A stretch of 64,000 bases of DNA from Lytechinus pictus (GCF_037042905.1 NC_087252.1:7380001-7444000), one strand, 5' to 3'; shown: positions 1 through 14,272, numbered from the stretch's first letter. The notes: generated from the letters alone by a model not told the origin. Numbers and translations are program-made.

Positions 1-1396
1 CATTGGCACGCATGACGCAATATCAGTGCGTGAACTATGCGGGAACCGAAAATCGTGAAAGTGTCAACTAGGCATATGACTCCTCGGCTCCAAATTCTAC
101 ATTTATTTTATCTCAGTGCTTGGAGTCGGCGCTGGGGCCGATTTTCGTCCATGAATGAGAGAGCATGGCAAAGACTCGAGTCCCTTTATCTCAGAACCGC
201 CGCCGCTTGGTACTCGAGTCTCCAGAGATCAGGGTCGACTCCCCGACTCTGGCATTGAGAATCGGGTAGACTCGATTACCCGGCGCTGGCTCCCAAGCCT
301 AGTTGACGGGGGCGATTATGAGTTTTGCAGTCGCCCTCGTGTGAATGTTTTTAGCCCTTTTCCGGGGCTCTTTTTGGACTTTCCTGGGCGAATTCGCCCG
401 CCGCCCCCGTGTAATTTTTTGGTTGCCTCACACTCGAAGCAATTGCCCCTTACCCCCTCCCTCCACTGTGCAAGATTCAGTTCATCCTCCATCCTAAACC
501 AAACCCTCATACTCTCCTCCTCCACTTGCCTCTTACATTCCTTCTTTGGCTGTCTCCTCCTCCTTGAACCAACCCCCACCTCGGCAATGTAGATACATGT
601 ACATGCATCTACAGTGTATCTACAGGAAAGTGGCCTTTTCCCTTAAAATATGAAGATGTACAGTATTTATAGGCATGTAGCCTGCCTCTGATTTTCTAGT
701 ACCAATTGAGAAACGAAAGCTATTAAAGAGCACATGAGTTCAATATCTCAAAATATAGGCCGGGACATGCATGTGAGTTCAAGAAGGGCGTTAGCATTCT
801 ATTGTCTGTATCAGGCAATGTATAATTGCCACTTGGTATATTTTGTATCAGTACATACATGTATGTATGTACTTTCCATCTGTCTCATCCCACATGGTCT
901 AATCCTACATGTAGTTAGTCTACAACTAGTTTGTCTATTTGGTCTAATTGCCAAGAGAGAATACCATTTTAGACCTATCTAATTACCAGTTAGGCTAGAC
1001 CCACTTTGTCTTTTTTAATTATAGTTGACACTGGCTACATGTATATGGTTAGATGAAACAAGTAATATTTTGTAAAATTAGACCATCTACATGTAGGTAT
1101 TAGACCAAGAGATATTAGACCAAGTGATAGATGTTAATAGACAAAGTGATAGTGGACCACAGGGTAATAGCCCAACTTGATGGTAAACCAAATCGGTTTC
1201 GCCGAGATGGGGTTAGAGTTAGAGTAGACGATCTGCGAAGTAGAAAGACTTCTAGCAGACCAAGAAAATAGTGGGGCCTAGTATGGGGACACAGACCCTG
1301 ATTGAAACTTCGATCAACAAGTGGGTCTCCACACAAAGACTAGCAAGAGGGCATTCAGTAAACAGGGCATCATAGGCTGCACATCCAGACCCTTAA

Positions 1397-1791
1397 AGAT
1401 AAATGCCAGTTGTGGTAACGATTTCAAAATGAGTTTGTACAGAATCCAATGAAATGACCACCGAAGTGTCTGTTTGTATAAATAAAAATATGTGCCAAAG
1501 GATTCTGGAAGAAATTGTGTAATTGCTGAGAAATTAGCAAATAAGCACGGGATTCAGGTCAAGCGTCGGGCCGACATTCAAAGCAATAATTATACACTGT
1601 CCCACGTGCGCTTAGCTGTGTTGGTGATCTTCAGTGTGAACATTTTTCAGTGTAGATTTCAAGATTTCACAAAGTTCAGTTTATGTAACTGTACCAGATC
1701 TAGATCCTCGATAATATAGCATGACAATTAAGCCTGGTTTTACAGACTTTCTCGTGAAATCAGTGTTTACTGCAACTACTTTCATTTATCT
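1397..1791. mobile_element. TTAA-flanked MITE (Kolobok-like AG...CT ends); degenerate copies at ~6915-7315 and ~8530-8730
   Basis: TTAA|AGATAAATG...CATTTATCT|TTAA. Confidence 0.7.
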
Positions 1792-2641
1792 TTAACACGA
1801 ATGTAAGGGTTTGCACAGCAGACTGATAAGGGCCCTTCTTACCTCTCTGCTGAGTCTGCTGGTAGCTCTTCAAACATTAGGAATGACATTGCATGAACTT
1901 GTAAATGAAGGCTATTTTGATGTTTCCAACAAATTTCAATTTTGAAACTGAAAGCTCATATTATCATAAATAAACAAAAGACCTCGTATTTTATGGTTGA
2001 CAGATTATATTAAGGTTTAACAGAGTTGATAGGAGCAGAATGAATATTTTGTTCATTGTACAATGTAGGTTCAAAATCAAGAAAAGCAATTTATACACAA
2101 TGTAGGCCTGAATGTAAAGCTATATGGAATTCATAAGTCTCATACTTAATATTTTTGCTTTCATTTCATTGAGAGGGGGTGTTTTTGTTTGTGTTTGTTA
2201 AGCTATTTTCTAGTTCTGGAAGTGTGACGTCATCAATTTTCTGTTTTTGTATTTTACCGTTTTTGATACCATCTTTCAGTTGAGCATGATGAAATACCTC
2301 CTCAACCCAAATTTAGGGAGAATCAGTCCATGGGGTTCATGAATACATAATTAGCCCTGTTGAAATCAATGTATTATAAACAACCTGGATCTAAATGTTA
2401 ACCAGGCCAATAATACATCGACTTCAATTATGCATCCATGAGGTCATAACTTGGGGGGCCCCATGGACCAATTCCCACCAAATTTGCTTTGTGGGGGTCT
2501 CTCATCATGTCCCACAGAGGTATGGCATAAAAAACGCTGAAATCTTTTTAAATATGACGTCATCACTTCAGTACTCTATACAATATGAGAAATTCGGCCT
2601 CGTGAGCACTCCCCACTCTAGGTCACCTGCTTGATATTTAC

Positions 2642-2861
2642 CTGCCACGCAGAAAGACATTGTGAGCAAAGAAGATGTCCGCAAGGTTCCAGCTTGATGT
2701 CCTTGTCGTTCTCTGTACAGATCTTGCAGAGTTGGAAGCTAGATCCGATCTCGCAGTAGAGTTCATACTGGTCAGCCGTAACATGGATTAGTTCTTCAGG
2801 CGGTTTAGTCAGTACCGACGTCAGATCTGGATTGTCCTCGCAACCATCAGGGTAAAGGTAG
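2642..2861 (-). CDS. CBL: Cbl coding exon 4 (linker helix and N-terminal RING)
   Basis: ttccag|C TAC CTT TAC CCT GAT GGT (YLYPDG...[43 protein letters not shown]), donor CAG|GTAAAT. Not in the ORF track. Confidence 0.94.
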
Positions 2862-5800
2862 CTGGAAAAGAAAAAAAGAGTTCTTTATTTCAATACAATG
2901 TTTTTAAGTCTAGATAATTAACGCTAATATGGAACGTGTAGCAAGATCTGTCATTGCCGTTCTTCATAAGTATTGTAGTTTGGTCAGTACAATCAGGGTC
3001 CAGAAGTCATGTATTGTAGCTGGGGAAAAAAGAAGAACTCTAAAATAAAATGAAAATCCATATTTTATTCTTTGAAATAGAAATCTGAAAATGTGGATGA
3101 TAACTGGCTGAAGGAAGTCATCTCCATGGCAGAAATTTGACTTTGAACCCACAATCTTATATTCAATCTTTAAAATGAACATGTCACTGAGTCAATAATA
3201 CTATTTCACTCTTCCACTTCCAGTATAAAAGACACATACTTGAAGCAGATCTAATTTCCAAAAAGTACTTCACTTCGATCTTTTATTTTTTCGTCATTGT
3301 AGATGTGGTAATTTTAGATTTACAAAATCTTCCAAAGCATGCACGAGACTCGGAAAACCAATTTCTGGTCAAGAATATGTTAACTGCTCACATTTACCAA
3401 AGTTCAAAGACTATAAAAACAAGAGCATGGTTAAAAAATCTGGTCCAAGGACTTGGACATTATTGTGTTCGCAAACAAGAATTTCAAAACGCTTTTATGC
3501 ATTGGTTGGATTTAACTGTAATCTTCCAATGTTTATCAATGAAAAAAAAACAGAGTAAAATAAAAAGGAAATACTACTCTTCAACTTTACAAACAAATCA
3601 GGAAGTTGGGCTTTGCAAACAAACATTTAAATAATGATTTTGAAGTAAACACAAATTTTGTGATTGTATGCTTTAAAGGACAAGTCCACCCCAAAAAAAG
3701 TTTATTCAAATAAAAAGAGAAAAATCCAACAAGCATAACACTGAAAATTTCATCAAAATCAGATGTAAATAAGAAAGTTTTGACATTTTAAAGTTTCGCT
3801 TAATTTCACAAAACAGATATATTCACATCCTTGTCGGTATGCAAATGAGGAGACTGATGACATCACTCACTCACTATTTCTTTTGTATTTTATTATACGA
3901 AATATTCAAATTTTCTCCCTGTTGTCGTGTGAAACGAAGATTAATTCCTCCCTGAACATGTGTAAGTAGCATTGTTTAATATGGTTCAATCAAGTTGGTC
4001 CTTAAATTGTCAAATCTGTAAAAAATGAAATATAGTGTAATTCAAACAATAAAAAACAAAATAGTGAGTGATGGACATCATCGACTGTCTCATTTGCATG
4101 TCACTGAGTTATGCATATCACTGTTTTGTGAAAAATAAGCGAAATTAAAAATGTCTTAACTTTTATTACATCCCATTTTTATGAAATTTTCAGCAAAATG
4201 ATTGTTTGATTTTTCTCTATTTATTCAAATCAACATTTTTTTGGGGTGGACTTGACCTTTAAAGAATAATTTCTATCAACATTATTCTGTGACACAACTC
4301 TGGTATTAAAAAAATATCAAAAATATAATACAAAGTACATGTATACTTACAATCCTTCCCTATTTCCATCTATGAGTGCTTGACATAGAGATTTATTCTG
4401 TGGAATGGTTTGTAAGATAGTCTTGTCTTGGGTGACGTAGCCTATGGCCCATTGTCCTAACCGGGTACAGCTTAGACGAAATATATAGCTGAGGCGATAA
4501 AAAGAATGAAAACAGAAAAGTTTACAATACAAGTAGTGCAAATCCTAAAGAAAACTGAAAGCCAGAACTTTGAAAAATACCATACTCCATTTTAGGGAAA
4601 AATCATGGGGGCTCAAGGCGATTTTGCCTCTAAAATGCACAAAAAGAGCCCGAGAAAATCTAGAAAGAGCCCCGGAAAATCCCCATCCCGTGGGAATTGT
4701 GAAAAGATTGTGATAAGTAGCAATAGAAAATAATAAAGAATAATAATAATAATGCTATCGCCTATACTTTGTGCCAGGACTCAAGAAGGAGACAATTTTG
4801 CAATGCTAGGCTGCTAGCAATCAAACATGAGATTTGATGTACATGTAGTGGGTTTTTTAAGAAAGAGAATAATTAATATACTGAAAAAATGATTCAATTT
4901 TCCTGTACATGTTCACTACGTGAAGCAGTGACATTCCTCAATAAAAGCCACTTGACATTATAACAGCATTTGAATATTGACAATGCAATTATGAAATTGT
5001 TAACATTAAAACCATTTTTATCATTATATCTTTTCACGCAAATATTTTTAAAGTATGAATATGATCAGGAAAAAAAAAGTGCCCATAGAAAACTTTTCTT
5101 TGGCCTCAAGAGAGCTGTGTTCATATACATGTAGCTCTTATGGGTTTCAGGGAGATCAGAGAATCGCTTTTACATCCTAACCATGGACCTATTCCAAAAA
5201 CACTTTCAACTCAGCTACAATCATGTATGTACTTGTATTAACATGTCCTTTTACACACCAATTCTCACTTTAGAAAATCGCTTGAACACATCCTAACAGT
5301 CCTATTAAAACATTAATGTTTGTATGAACATGTCCTTTAATACACACCAATTCTCACTTTAGAAAATCGCTTGAACACATCCTAACAGTCATATTAAAAC
5401 ATTAATGTTTGTATGAACATGTCCTTTAATACACACCAATTCTCACTTTAGAAAATCGCTTGAACACATCCTAACAGTCCTAAAACATTAATGTTTGTAT
5501 GAACATGTCCTTTAATACCCACTAATTCTCACTCCAGAAAATCACTTGAACTAATCCAAAAAATAGTCCTAAAACAAGCTCATTATAAACTACAATCTGT
5601 ATTGAACATGTCCTTTAATACACACCGGCCGTCATGTGCTGGAAATGAAATACAGATGAACATATTTAATAATGGGCTAAAAATAAACCACTTGTCTTGT
5701 CATTTTCATCTCTTTCTTTTGTGTATTCTCCACATGATGGGAGATCAAAATTAGATTTCAAGCTTCCCAAACAGGAAAAGAATTGATGATTAATCCCAAT

Positions 5801-8800
5801 GAGCGTGGTATGTGCACAGATCTTCATGCATTGTTACAAATAACAGATACAATGTATTTCCTCTTTCCCCGATCAATAGGGGATGCTTTATAATAACATA
5901 TCAAATGGCATCTTTAAACATGTATGGGTAATTCCATAAACTATGTATGTCCGACCCCATATACATGGGGCCTTTATGAAATTTTTCTCTCTCTGATTCT
6001 TTTGACAGGATATGACCATGACTTGGTAAGTTTATGAAGTGAATGGTAAAACTTGAGAAAAATGGGGGTCGGATGTACAAATAGGTTGATTGGAATTGCC
6101 CATATCCACAAACGTTCATAATACTGTGAAAAGTAATGTACAATTTTCTATAATTAGTAAAAAAAAATTATATGGGCCTACACGTATACACCTGTATATT
6201 ATGTAAATATTCTTTATAATTCAAATCATGCCACTTGTGTCTCTTTGTCTTTGTAATGTCTTCTTTCGACTTCTGATTTTTCAATATATTTTGTCACTTT
6301 TGATATTGTTATCATGTACATCATTGTTATAAATGTGAAAAGTAATTGGGGTCGTCCATACATAAATACTCTCCTTCTTGGCTACTTCCCACTTCCAATG
6401 CCTTTTTTTAACTTATTTATTCTTTGATGTTATGCATTCTTTGTTCCTCTAGAATTTTTACGATATACATGTAGGTTCATTTTATGCAGAGAGAAATTAA
6501 CTTATCAAAACTGATTGATTTACATTTTTCACATTTCAATAACGTTCACTCATTTGATCAACTCCCTTTCGTTTCCAAGTTTTCAAGTAAAATATGGAAA
6601 ATGGGACGGAAAATGGAAATGAAGAAATTATGAAGGAAATAAACAAACAGGAAAAAAGACAGCAAGGAATATAAAAAAGAACTACATGTATCATTGGTAC
6701 TAAGAAGGAAATACATGCACGAAACAAGCTATAAAATGAATAAACAAACACAAAAGCAGCTGGATAAAATATTACTGTCAAACCAAAGCTACATGTACAT
6801 GTACACTGTAGATTCTCAATACAATCGTAAGCCAAGATCTCTCCAAGAACTGGTTGATTTTAAGGAATAGACAAACATCATATCAGGGTCCCATAAAACA
6901 CAAAGGTTAGCATTTAAGATTTATACCAGTCGTGGAACCGATCTCAAAATGAGCTCAAACAGAATCCAATAAAATTACCATCCGAGTGTTTGTGTATACA
7001 GCTGTAAAAAACTATGTGCCAAATGGTTCTTTAAAAAATGTGTAATTGATGAGAAGTGAATACGGTAAAAAAATAAGCACGGAATTCCATCAATTGTCCA
7101 AGCAATATTTACACACTGTCCCAGTAGAGAATGCTATCTGTGTTAGTGAGCATCAGAATTATCGGTTTCGAGCTAAGATTTCATGATTTCACAAAGATAT
7201 TAAGTTTACATTTAAAAATGTACCAGATCTAGATATAGAGTGACAACAAACCTTGATTTAAAAGACTTTCTCATGAAATAATTGTTTGCTGTAACTTCTT
7301 TCTTTTACCTTTTAATTGAATGCTTGATTTTCATGATTAATTGTACATTTGTAGTCAATGCAATCAATCCTAATGAAAATTCTACAATTATTGCTACAGT
7401 ATAAAGCTTTTAATAGGTTACAGGCCCAGGGGCCTTTTCACACATGAATCTTAATCATCATTGTAATGATTGCAATTTGTGTTTAGAATAATGTGGCCTT
7501 TTGTATGCTCACTCAGAAACTGTGATTTAAATGGAATGGAACTGGAATTCACCTATTCCATGTTGGTTGTTGTGATTGTTTTACCTGATTGCTATACAGA
7601 AAGCATGAATGCTTGTAAGCAAGCAACCAGAGGACCGACGGCTTAAGGTCCTCTCCGAAGGACCTGGTACTGAGGATTAATGCCTTAATACCAAAGGGCA
7701 CTAGCGCACCAAGTGGGAATCGAACCGGGGTCACCGGAATACGAATCCCCCGCTCTACCGACTGAGCTATCGCGCCTCCTCTGGAGTAGAATTTGAATGT
7801 GTGATTGTGATTAGCTTTCGTGATTTTAATCATGTTTTAGTTTGGTTTCACACATGCTAATAATAGTCACTAGCCTTATTTTTCACTGGAATCATCGTTC
7901 AAATTACAATTTTTACAGTACAAAAGGGCGGCAGATGTAAAAGAAGATATATGACAGCTACAGTATATGTACATACACGGGTAACTGCACACTTGCTTTG
8001 CCAAATTTTTAAGGAAATATGATTTGCAGAATTTTCAAAACTTTACATATAGTTTACTAAAGTACTACTGAATTGTACTAAATTCAATTCCGCAAATAGC
8101 CATTGACTTTCCCCCTTTTCATGTGGTTTGCGCAACAAATAGTCTTTTTCCGGGTTATTCATGGGCATGAATATTATGACATTAATCATTTCATTGCCTA
8201 CAACATATTTACATTTTCTTGAATAAATATGAACACAATAAAGCAAAGACAACAGTCTGATTTACATGTACATACAGTCAGTGTACATCCTGGACTGAGA
8301 GTTTACTCTACAAACCAAAAAAGACGGAACCTACATGTTCACTCTCCTAGTTGCAGCAAACAATTATTCAATGAGAAAGTTTTAAAATCAAGATTAATTG
8401 TCACCATATTATCATAGATCTCTAGATTTTTCCATCTGGTACATTGTACATGTGAAATCATGTGAATCATTTTATAGCTGAAAACCGATAATTTTGATGA
8501 TCACTACTAGCACACAAATGCATATGCCTGTGGCTGTGGGACAGCATATTAATTGCTTGGAAAAATACCTGAAATTTGATGGAATTCTGTGCTTTTTTTG
8601 CTCATTTCTCAGCAATTACACATTTTCTTCCAGAGCCATTTGGCATTTACATACAAACACCTGGGTGGTCATTTTATTGGATTCTGTTTGAACTCATTTT
8701 GAGATCGATACCATAACTGGTATTTAATAAATTGTTAAATTTTGGACAAGTCCATCCCGGTACTATACAAATGTAGATGCAGACAATTTCAAGATATGCT

Positions 8801-11800
8801 TTAGAGTACATTTGCAAATTTGGGGTGACTTTTAATATACACCCTGTGCATACGTATACATGTATGTACATGGTAACATACTAAAAAAAAAAGAATTTTA
8901 TTTTAATTCGGGCCAGGGTAAAAAATAATATTTTTTTTTAAATACTGTTTGGGTGTTTCAGTTCGTAAAAGACAATTTTTTTTACAGTCATCCCAAGATA
9001 TAACACAATAACAGTCAAGAACATAAAAGAAAATCAATTTTCTACACAAATATAGAGAATACCTTTTGCAAACAATTAATTATTCACTATATACATGTAC
9101 ATGTAGAAACCAATTTTCTATTTATGTATGTTCTTGAATATAATTGGGGTAGATCTTGGGGGGACTCTTGAAAAGTGGTCGCCCAAAGCATTCCATTTGG
9201 TGAACATTACATGTAGAGGCGATTAGAGCTGTGCTACTTTAAGGGCAAACTCGCCCGTCGCCCTCATGAATCTCCTACATGTACAATGTACAGTGTATGC
9301 TGATTCTAAGCATTTCTTGACTCGTGAAGGATATTAAAGCCATTCACGAGCAGGCGAAATCTGAACTTACCTCCCCGGCTTGTTAATGTACTGTTCCAAT
9401 CTATTCTTGACTTCATCATACGTCATGAAGGACATATACCCCCTGTGGTTGACCGCTAGGCAGTTCCAATTGCGAAGTAGGGTAGACCAGGGCTGAAACA
9501 GACGGGTGAAGACATCGAATTCAAAGTTGGAGATGTAGTCATTGCGGGTGAGATCTATGGTTGTCTTTAAGGCGAAGGTTTCCATCGAGGAGCGAACCTG
9601 ATGGACTTCCGTTAGGGCTTGCCGGAAGACCTTCCATGACACAATAGTTCTGAAATAGGTGATAGCAAAATACAAAAAAGAATGAGTTCTGGTGATTGAA
9701 GGCAAAGTTAAAGGAGAATGAAACTCTTGGAGCAAGTTAGCTTTTGTGAAAGCAGAAAAATCAAAGAATAAGATCAACAAAAGTTTGAGTAAAATAGGAC
9801 TAGCAATAGAAGAGTTATGAACATTCGAATGTCGAGATCACTAATGCTATGGAGATCCTCCCATTGGCAATGCGACCAAGATCTATGATGTCACAGATGA
9901 ACAACTCTCCCCTTTTGGACGCTGAAAATATACCCCAAAACATCTCTTTTTGCTCATTCTAATCATACAGTATGACAAACGATTCATCAATGATATAATG
10001 TTGTGATACCTCTGTACTTGTCCTCTCATAAAGCTAAGAGAACACCTCACCTTGTGATAGACTCTATAAAAGTGAGAATATAAGTGAAATAAGTACTAAA
10101 GTAATGAGGGAGTTGTACGTGTGTGACATCACAGATCTTGGTCGCATTGCCAACAGGAGGATCTACATGGCATTAGTGATCTCAATATTCAAATGCTCAT
10201 AGTTTTCTTATTTTTCACTCAATCTTCCTCAAACTTTCAACAATATGTTTCTTTGATTTTTCTCTTTGATATATATGGATTCAGTTGGTTTCGAGGGTTT
10301 CATTCTCCTTTAACAAATTGTCTTCTGCCACTGCCGTATATACAGATGGGGAAGGGGCTTGGGGAGTCATGGACCCTCCCCCCAAAAAAAAAAAAAAAAA
10401 AAAAATTATGACCAAGAAAAAAGGGTAAACTGAAAAGAAAAAGGATGAAGTATTATACTATTCTTTTTCAATATTGCGTCAAAATCTATCATCTGGCAAG
10501 CACTGTTTCTGACATTTAAAAGGCACCTCAACATTTTTGGCTCATTACCCAATTGTCTTTGGCAATGAGAAGCCTGGACAAAAGAGAGATCTTGGTTAAA
10601 TGTAACTCTATATATTATTTCCCATTATTAAGGTGAGGAAAAACAACAACGTCACATGTGGTTCATCTTGTCTCCCCCCTTCCCCTCAGGTTCCCTGTTG
10701 TTTCCTACATTTTAGTTACCGGTATTAATTATTACATTATTTGCTTTTCAAGTCGCCAATCAATTCATGATTCACATGAAAGTCATCATTATGGAAAAAA
10801 AATGTGATGAAATCTTTTTCTCAACTTGTACAGAAAACATGTCTGCTTACAAACAAACGTTTAGAACTTCATATACAGTGTAAAAGTAATAAATGTCAAA
10901 GTATGATTCTTTTTTAGAAAATCAGGTACATATATCTGAGTCTCTCTACCCATTCACAAAAAGTACAATAATATATCATACATTTTAATACTGCACCTTT
11001 ATATGGAAAGAATACCATGTAATAAAAAAACTACTTTAAAAAAAGCTCTCAATGTCAAACGAACTTGACTCTTCTGCACTCTTCAAACATGTTTATTTTT
11101 AGTTGAAAAAGTTTATTTGATTTATAAAAAAAATAAAATCAAACGTAACGCTGAAAATGTAATAAAAATTGAATGTATTTGTAAAACAGGCAAGAAGGAA
11201 GCAAAATGGAAAATAATTTCTAGACCAGGATATTCTTTGAAAAATCAAGTCAAAATGAAAATTACATGGCTGTTTTGTTTGCTTTGATTAACCCAGACTC
11301 AAAAATTTTGCTTTTAGAATTAAAGTAAACACACCAGTAGCCTCCTTGTGACATGTGTGTACCGAATGCTGACGTCAGATAAAGTATATTCAATAGGGGT
11401 TTTCACAGCTCACCGCCACCCATTGTTCAAAGCAGCCACTATGCACAGATTATAGGCTGATTTCACAAGTTCATCAATAGGCAGATGACTGCATTTTAGC
11501 AAATATAGAAATGCACTGTACTATAATATCGTACATGTACATATACAGGGAATAATTTTCCTGGTATCGCATCGCAATTTGCTCCACATTTTTGAAAGAC
11601 TGCTATGCATAAAGTCTTTTGTATAGCATATTTTTACATACACTGTAGGACTGTACATTACTTAGTTGAGAGCTTTTCTGTCATGACCAAAAATGCTATA
11701 TATATTCAAATTTGTTAAGCAAAATTATTCCATGATCATGTATGTGAAAAGGTATATGTATCTATGTATTAATGTACTGCATATTTGCACCAACTACTAC

Positions 11801-14272
11801 AGTAGTATAGTAGACCTACATATACATACATGTATATAATGTACAAAATATAGGCCTGCCCTAGATGTACAGTGTGTTGGCTACATTTCGGATAGATGTA
11901 CATTAAGACCTGATCCAATGTTTTATTATCTATTGGGCACAGAGAAGAAAAAAAAAACCATTTTGAAAAAAAGATTGAATTTTCACATAAATTGGAGGCC
12001 CAAATGCTTTACAATGTAGCAACTACATGTAGCAAATAGGCACAGTCTTAGCAAGATATCAGGGGATCTCTGCGAAAATAAAGGTGGCATGCATGTGTCT
12101 TTACACAGTCCCGATGGTTTTTCATGAATTTAAGTAATGAAACAATGCTTGCAGGATTCCTGACATGAAATATGCTCACCCTGCTCACATGTTATTGAGT
12201 TTCCATCAGACATATATGTTTAAACAAAAACAAAAAAATCAGAAAAACTGAGCCAAATATTTACCTTTTTGCTTAGGTAACAACAGCAATTTGACATATA
12301 TATACCAAAACTCATCTCTCCTGCTTGATAGAAAGTGTCAATGAGATCGCATTCAAAGTGTATTCTTTGCATTTCTTGTAATAACTTGCATGTGAATATG
12401 GGTTTCCACATGGACCTTCATCCAGTCACCATTTCAATTATTCTGATCAATTGACCTTGAGATACTTTAAAACATGGTCATAATTCATGTCTGAACTATA
12501 CTATCTTCAGGGAAAATGCAATGTTTCTTTCACAAACATGTCGTGTTCAAGGTTACCTTGGACAATAAGCATGAATTCTTTCATTAATTTTGATTAATTT
12601 CATGATATTTGATTAATAAAGGAAGAAATGTACATGTACGAAAAATACTAAAGAAGTTCTGAAAGAAAATAAGAGGAAAAGGAAAGAGAAAAATCTAAGA
12701 AAAAGGAAAATAAATAAAAAATAAATAAAAAGAAATTAAATATTAATAAGATTTTTAAAAACTAATTTAAAAAATATGAAATATGGGAAAACTGAGGGGA
12801 AGGAAAGCAGAGCATAAAAAGTAAACAGTAAACTATTTAAAAAGGGTAAGTAAAAAAAAAATGAATTAAAAAAAGGAAGATGGTCATACAAATAATAAAA
12901 ATACAACAAACTGAAAGTTATCCCCTTCTTCTTTAGAAAATATGTAATTAATACAACTTGTATCGTATATTAAAATGTAGAATACATAGAAATTATATAT
13001 ATTTTTTTGTGAAAGTCAAAAAGGGGCCTAAGCTTTCGATCCTACCAGAATCTTCGTCAATTTTTTTGTGGACAGATGCAGTTGGTGGTGCTATCATCCA
13101 AATAAAGGATGCTTGGTGAAAAAAAATGTCAGAGTTGAATCATTTTAATGTCATATTCGGACTAAAAAGAATTGAAAAAATACAAGGAAAACGTGATTTC
13201 CAAGTAAATTCCAGCTAACTTTTTAGTGTTGGAGAATAAAGTTTACACAATAATAATATCATGATAAAAGTTCATGACTGGTTCGGAACAAAACAATAAC
13301 CCAGCATTCATGATACAGATGAAATAGATCTTTATCTTAAACAAAAGGTTGCAGTTAAATAAATTAATATGACAATCATTCATGAAAAGGTCCTCCTAAA
13401 ATTTGTATTAAAAAAAACCCTGTTGTCGGGATTAGCCAGAATGCATTCAACTCAATTACAATGGCAATGCATAGTGAATTTATTACCGTTGCAGTTTCCG
13501 GGTTGTGGAGTATTGCCATTGCATTACACACAATACACACGTCCATATGCACACAACACGCCAATACAATACACGCGCGTTAATAATAGCAGCAGAGATG
13601 TTTAATGCCATCGGGATTGAATGATGTCCTTTTCAAAACATGGTGTTAATTCCATTAATTTCTTCAAAACTAATCAATGAAACTGAGCATAACTTCACAA
13701 ATGCATATCTAAAATACACAGAAATTTCACTCTTTGAATAAAATGATAAATCAAGAATACCTCGATGCAAAATTCTTCTTCCAAAATTGAGCAGCATCCG
13801 CCTTCGTGATGCGATAGGTTTCCCCCGCGAATTGTCCATTTGGAAACAGAGCTTTCAACTCGGCTAAATTGTGACTAAAAATCAGGGACATTCGATTGAG
13901 TTGCCTTCTACAGGTAGAAGACTCATCGTACATTTTCTCTTTATTGTCTCTGAAAAGTTGTATTGTCTGTTTGGCCTTTTTGTTGATGTTATCGACAAAT
14001 ATTTTGAAGTACTCATTTTCGACAAGTTCCCCCAATTTGTCATCTCCTTCGTATTTAGACCAAACAAGTCTGAGATGATGATACGTCTCCGGTAAAATAT
14101 CCAGAATAAAAGGAGGACTGTTCTTCAGTTTCATTTTGTCCGACTGGCATAATCTCATGACTTTCTCCATGAGTTTCCATGTTCTTTCTAGAGTTTTCTT
14201 GTCGACCTTCATCGTCGGGCGAGGCGGTACCCAAAATTTCATCCATAGTTCACCTAGCCTCCCTGCCGCCAT
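2642..14272 (-). CDS. CBL: E3 ubiquitin-protein ligase Cbl, 5' part. Join of 14272-13761, 9649-9371, 4488-4351, 2861-2642 = 383 codons; the 3' exons are outside the window
   Basis: The spliced translation has the Cbl TKB ([60 protein letters not shown]), linker ([14 protein letters not shown]) and RING ([17 protein letters not shown]). All introns are GT-AG with consistent phases. Confidence 0.96.
3677..4258. mobile_element. TTAA-flanked MITE, family AGG(A/T)CAAGTCCACCCC, copy 1
   Basis: TIR plus TTAA on both sides. Confidence 0.85.
4351..4488 (-). CDS. CBL: Cbl coding exon 3 (SH2-like domain)
   Basis: cctcag|C TAT ATA ([18 protein letters not shown]...DGNREG), donor TT|GTAAGT. Confidence 0.95.
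5240..5626. repeat. Minisatellite, ~86-89 bp unit, about 4.3 copies
   Basis: AACATGTCCTTT..ACACCAATTCTCACTTTAGAAAATCGCTTGAAC recurs at 5240, 5327, 5416, 5502, 5605. Confidence 0.9.
7530..7779 (-). mobile_element. tRNA-derived SINE (Nin/Deu-like core)
   Basis: A box TAGCTCAGTCGG and B box GGTTCGATTCC, but T and acceptor stems are unpaired. Core GGTCCTTCGGAGAGGACCTTAAGCCG, (TTCCA)n-like tail. Confidence 0.75.
9371..9649 (-). CDS. CBL: Cbl coding exon 2 (EF hand, start of SH2-like domain)
   Basis: tttcag|A ACT ATT GTG ([10 protein letters not shown]...YINKPG), donor AG|GTAAGT. Confidence 0.95.
9712..10309. mobile_element. TTAA-flanked MITE, family AGGAGAATGAAAC (standard copy)
   Basis: TTAA|AGGAGAATGAAAC...GTTTCATTCTCCT|TTAA. 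Confidence 0.85.
13012..13059 (-). mobile_element. 48-bp extreme 3' remnant of the same Penelope-like element (truncated hammerhead), 11-bp TSD
   Basis: The minus strand reads TGACGAAGATTCTGGTAGGATCGAAAGCTTAGGCCCCTTTTTGACTTT, nearly identical to 48896-48943. ATTTTTTTGTG is at 13001-13011 and 13060-13070. Confidence 0.82.
13761..14272 (-). CDS. CBL: Cbl coding exon 1 (four-helix bundle, start of EF hand)
   Basis: ATG at 14272 ([10 protein letters not shown]...FWKKNFAS), donor AG|GTATTC. Confidence 0.93.

Noticed and set aside
37..592. Overlapping ORFs in the GC-richer first 600 bp
   Set aside because: No recognisable domain; the region has inverted and dispersed repeat fragments and lies inside a Cbl intron
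1843..1870. Strong minus-strand donor GAG|GTAAGA as a possible fifth Cbl exon
   Set aside because: No good acceptor in phase, and the peptide does not match the expected ..CPFCR continuation of the RING
5240..5626. CRISPR-like periodic array
   Set aside because: Whole units repeat with no unique spacers; eukaryotic intron; no cas genes
7706..7779. Apparent tRNA-Thr(CGT) gene on the minus strand
   Set aside because: The T stem and acceptor stem do not pair, and it continues into a SINE core and tail
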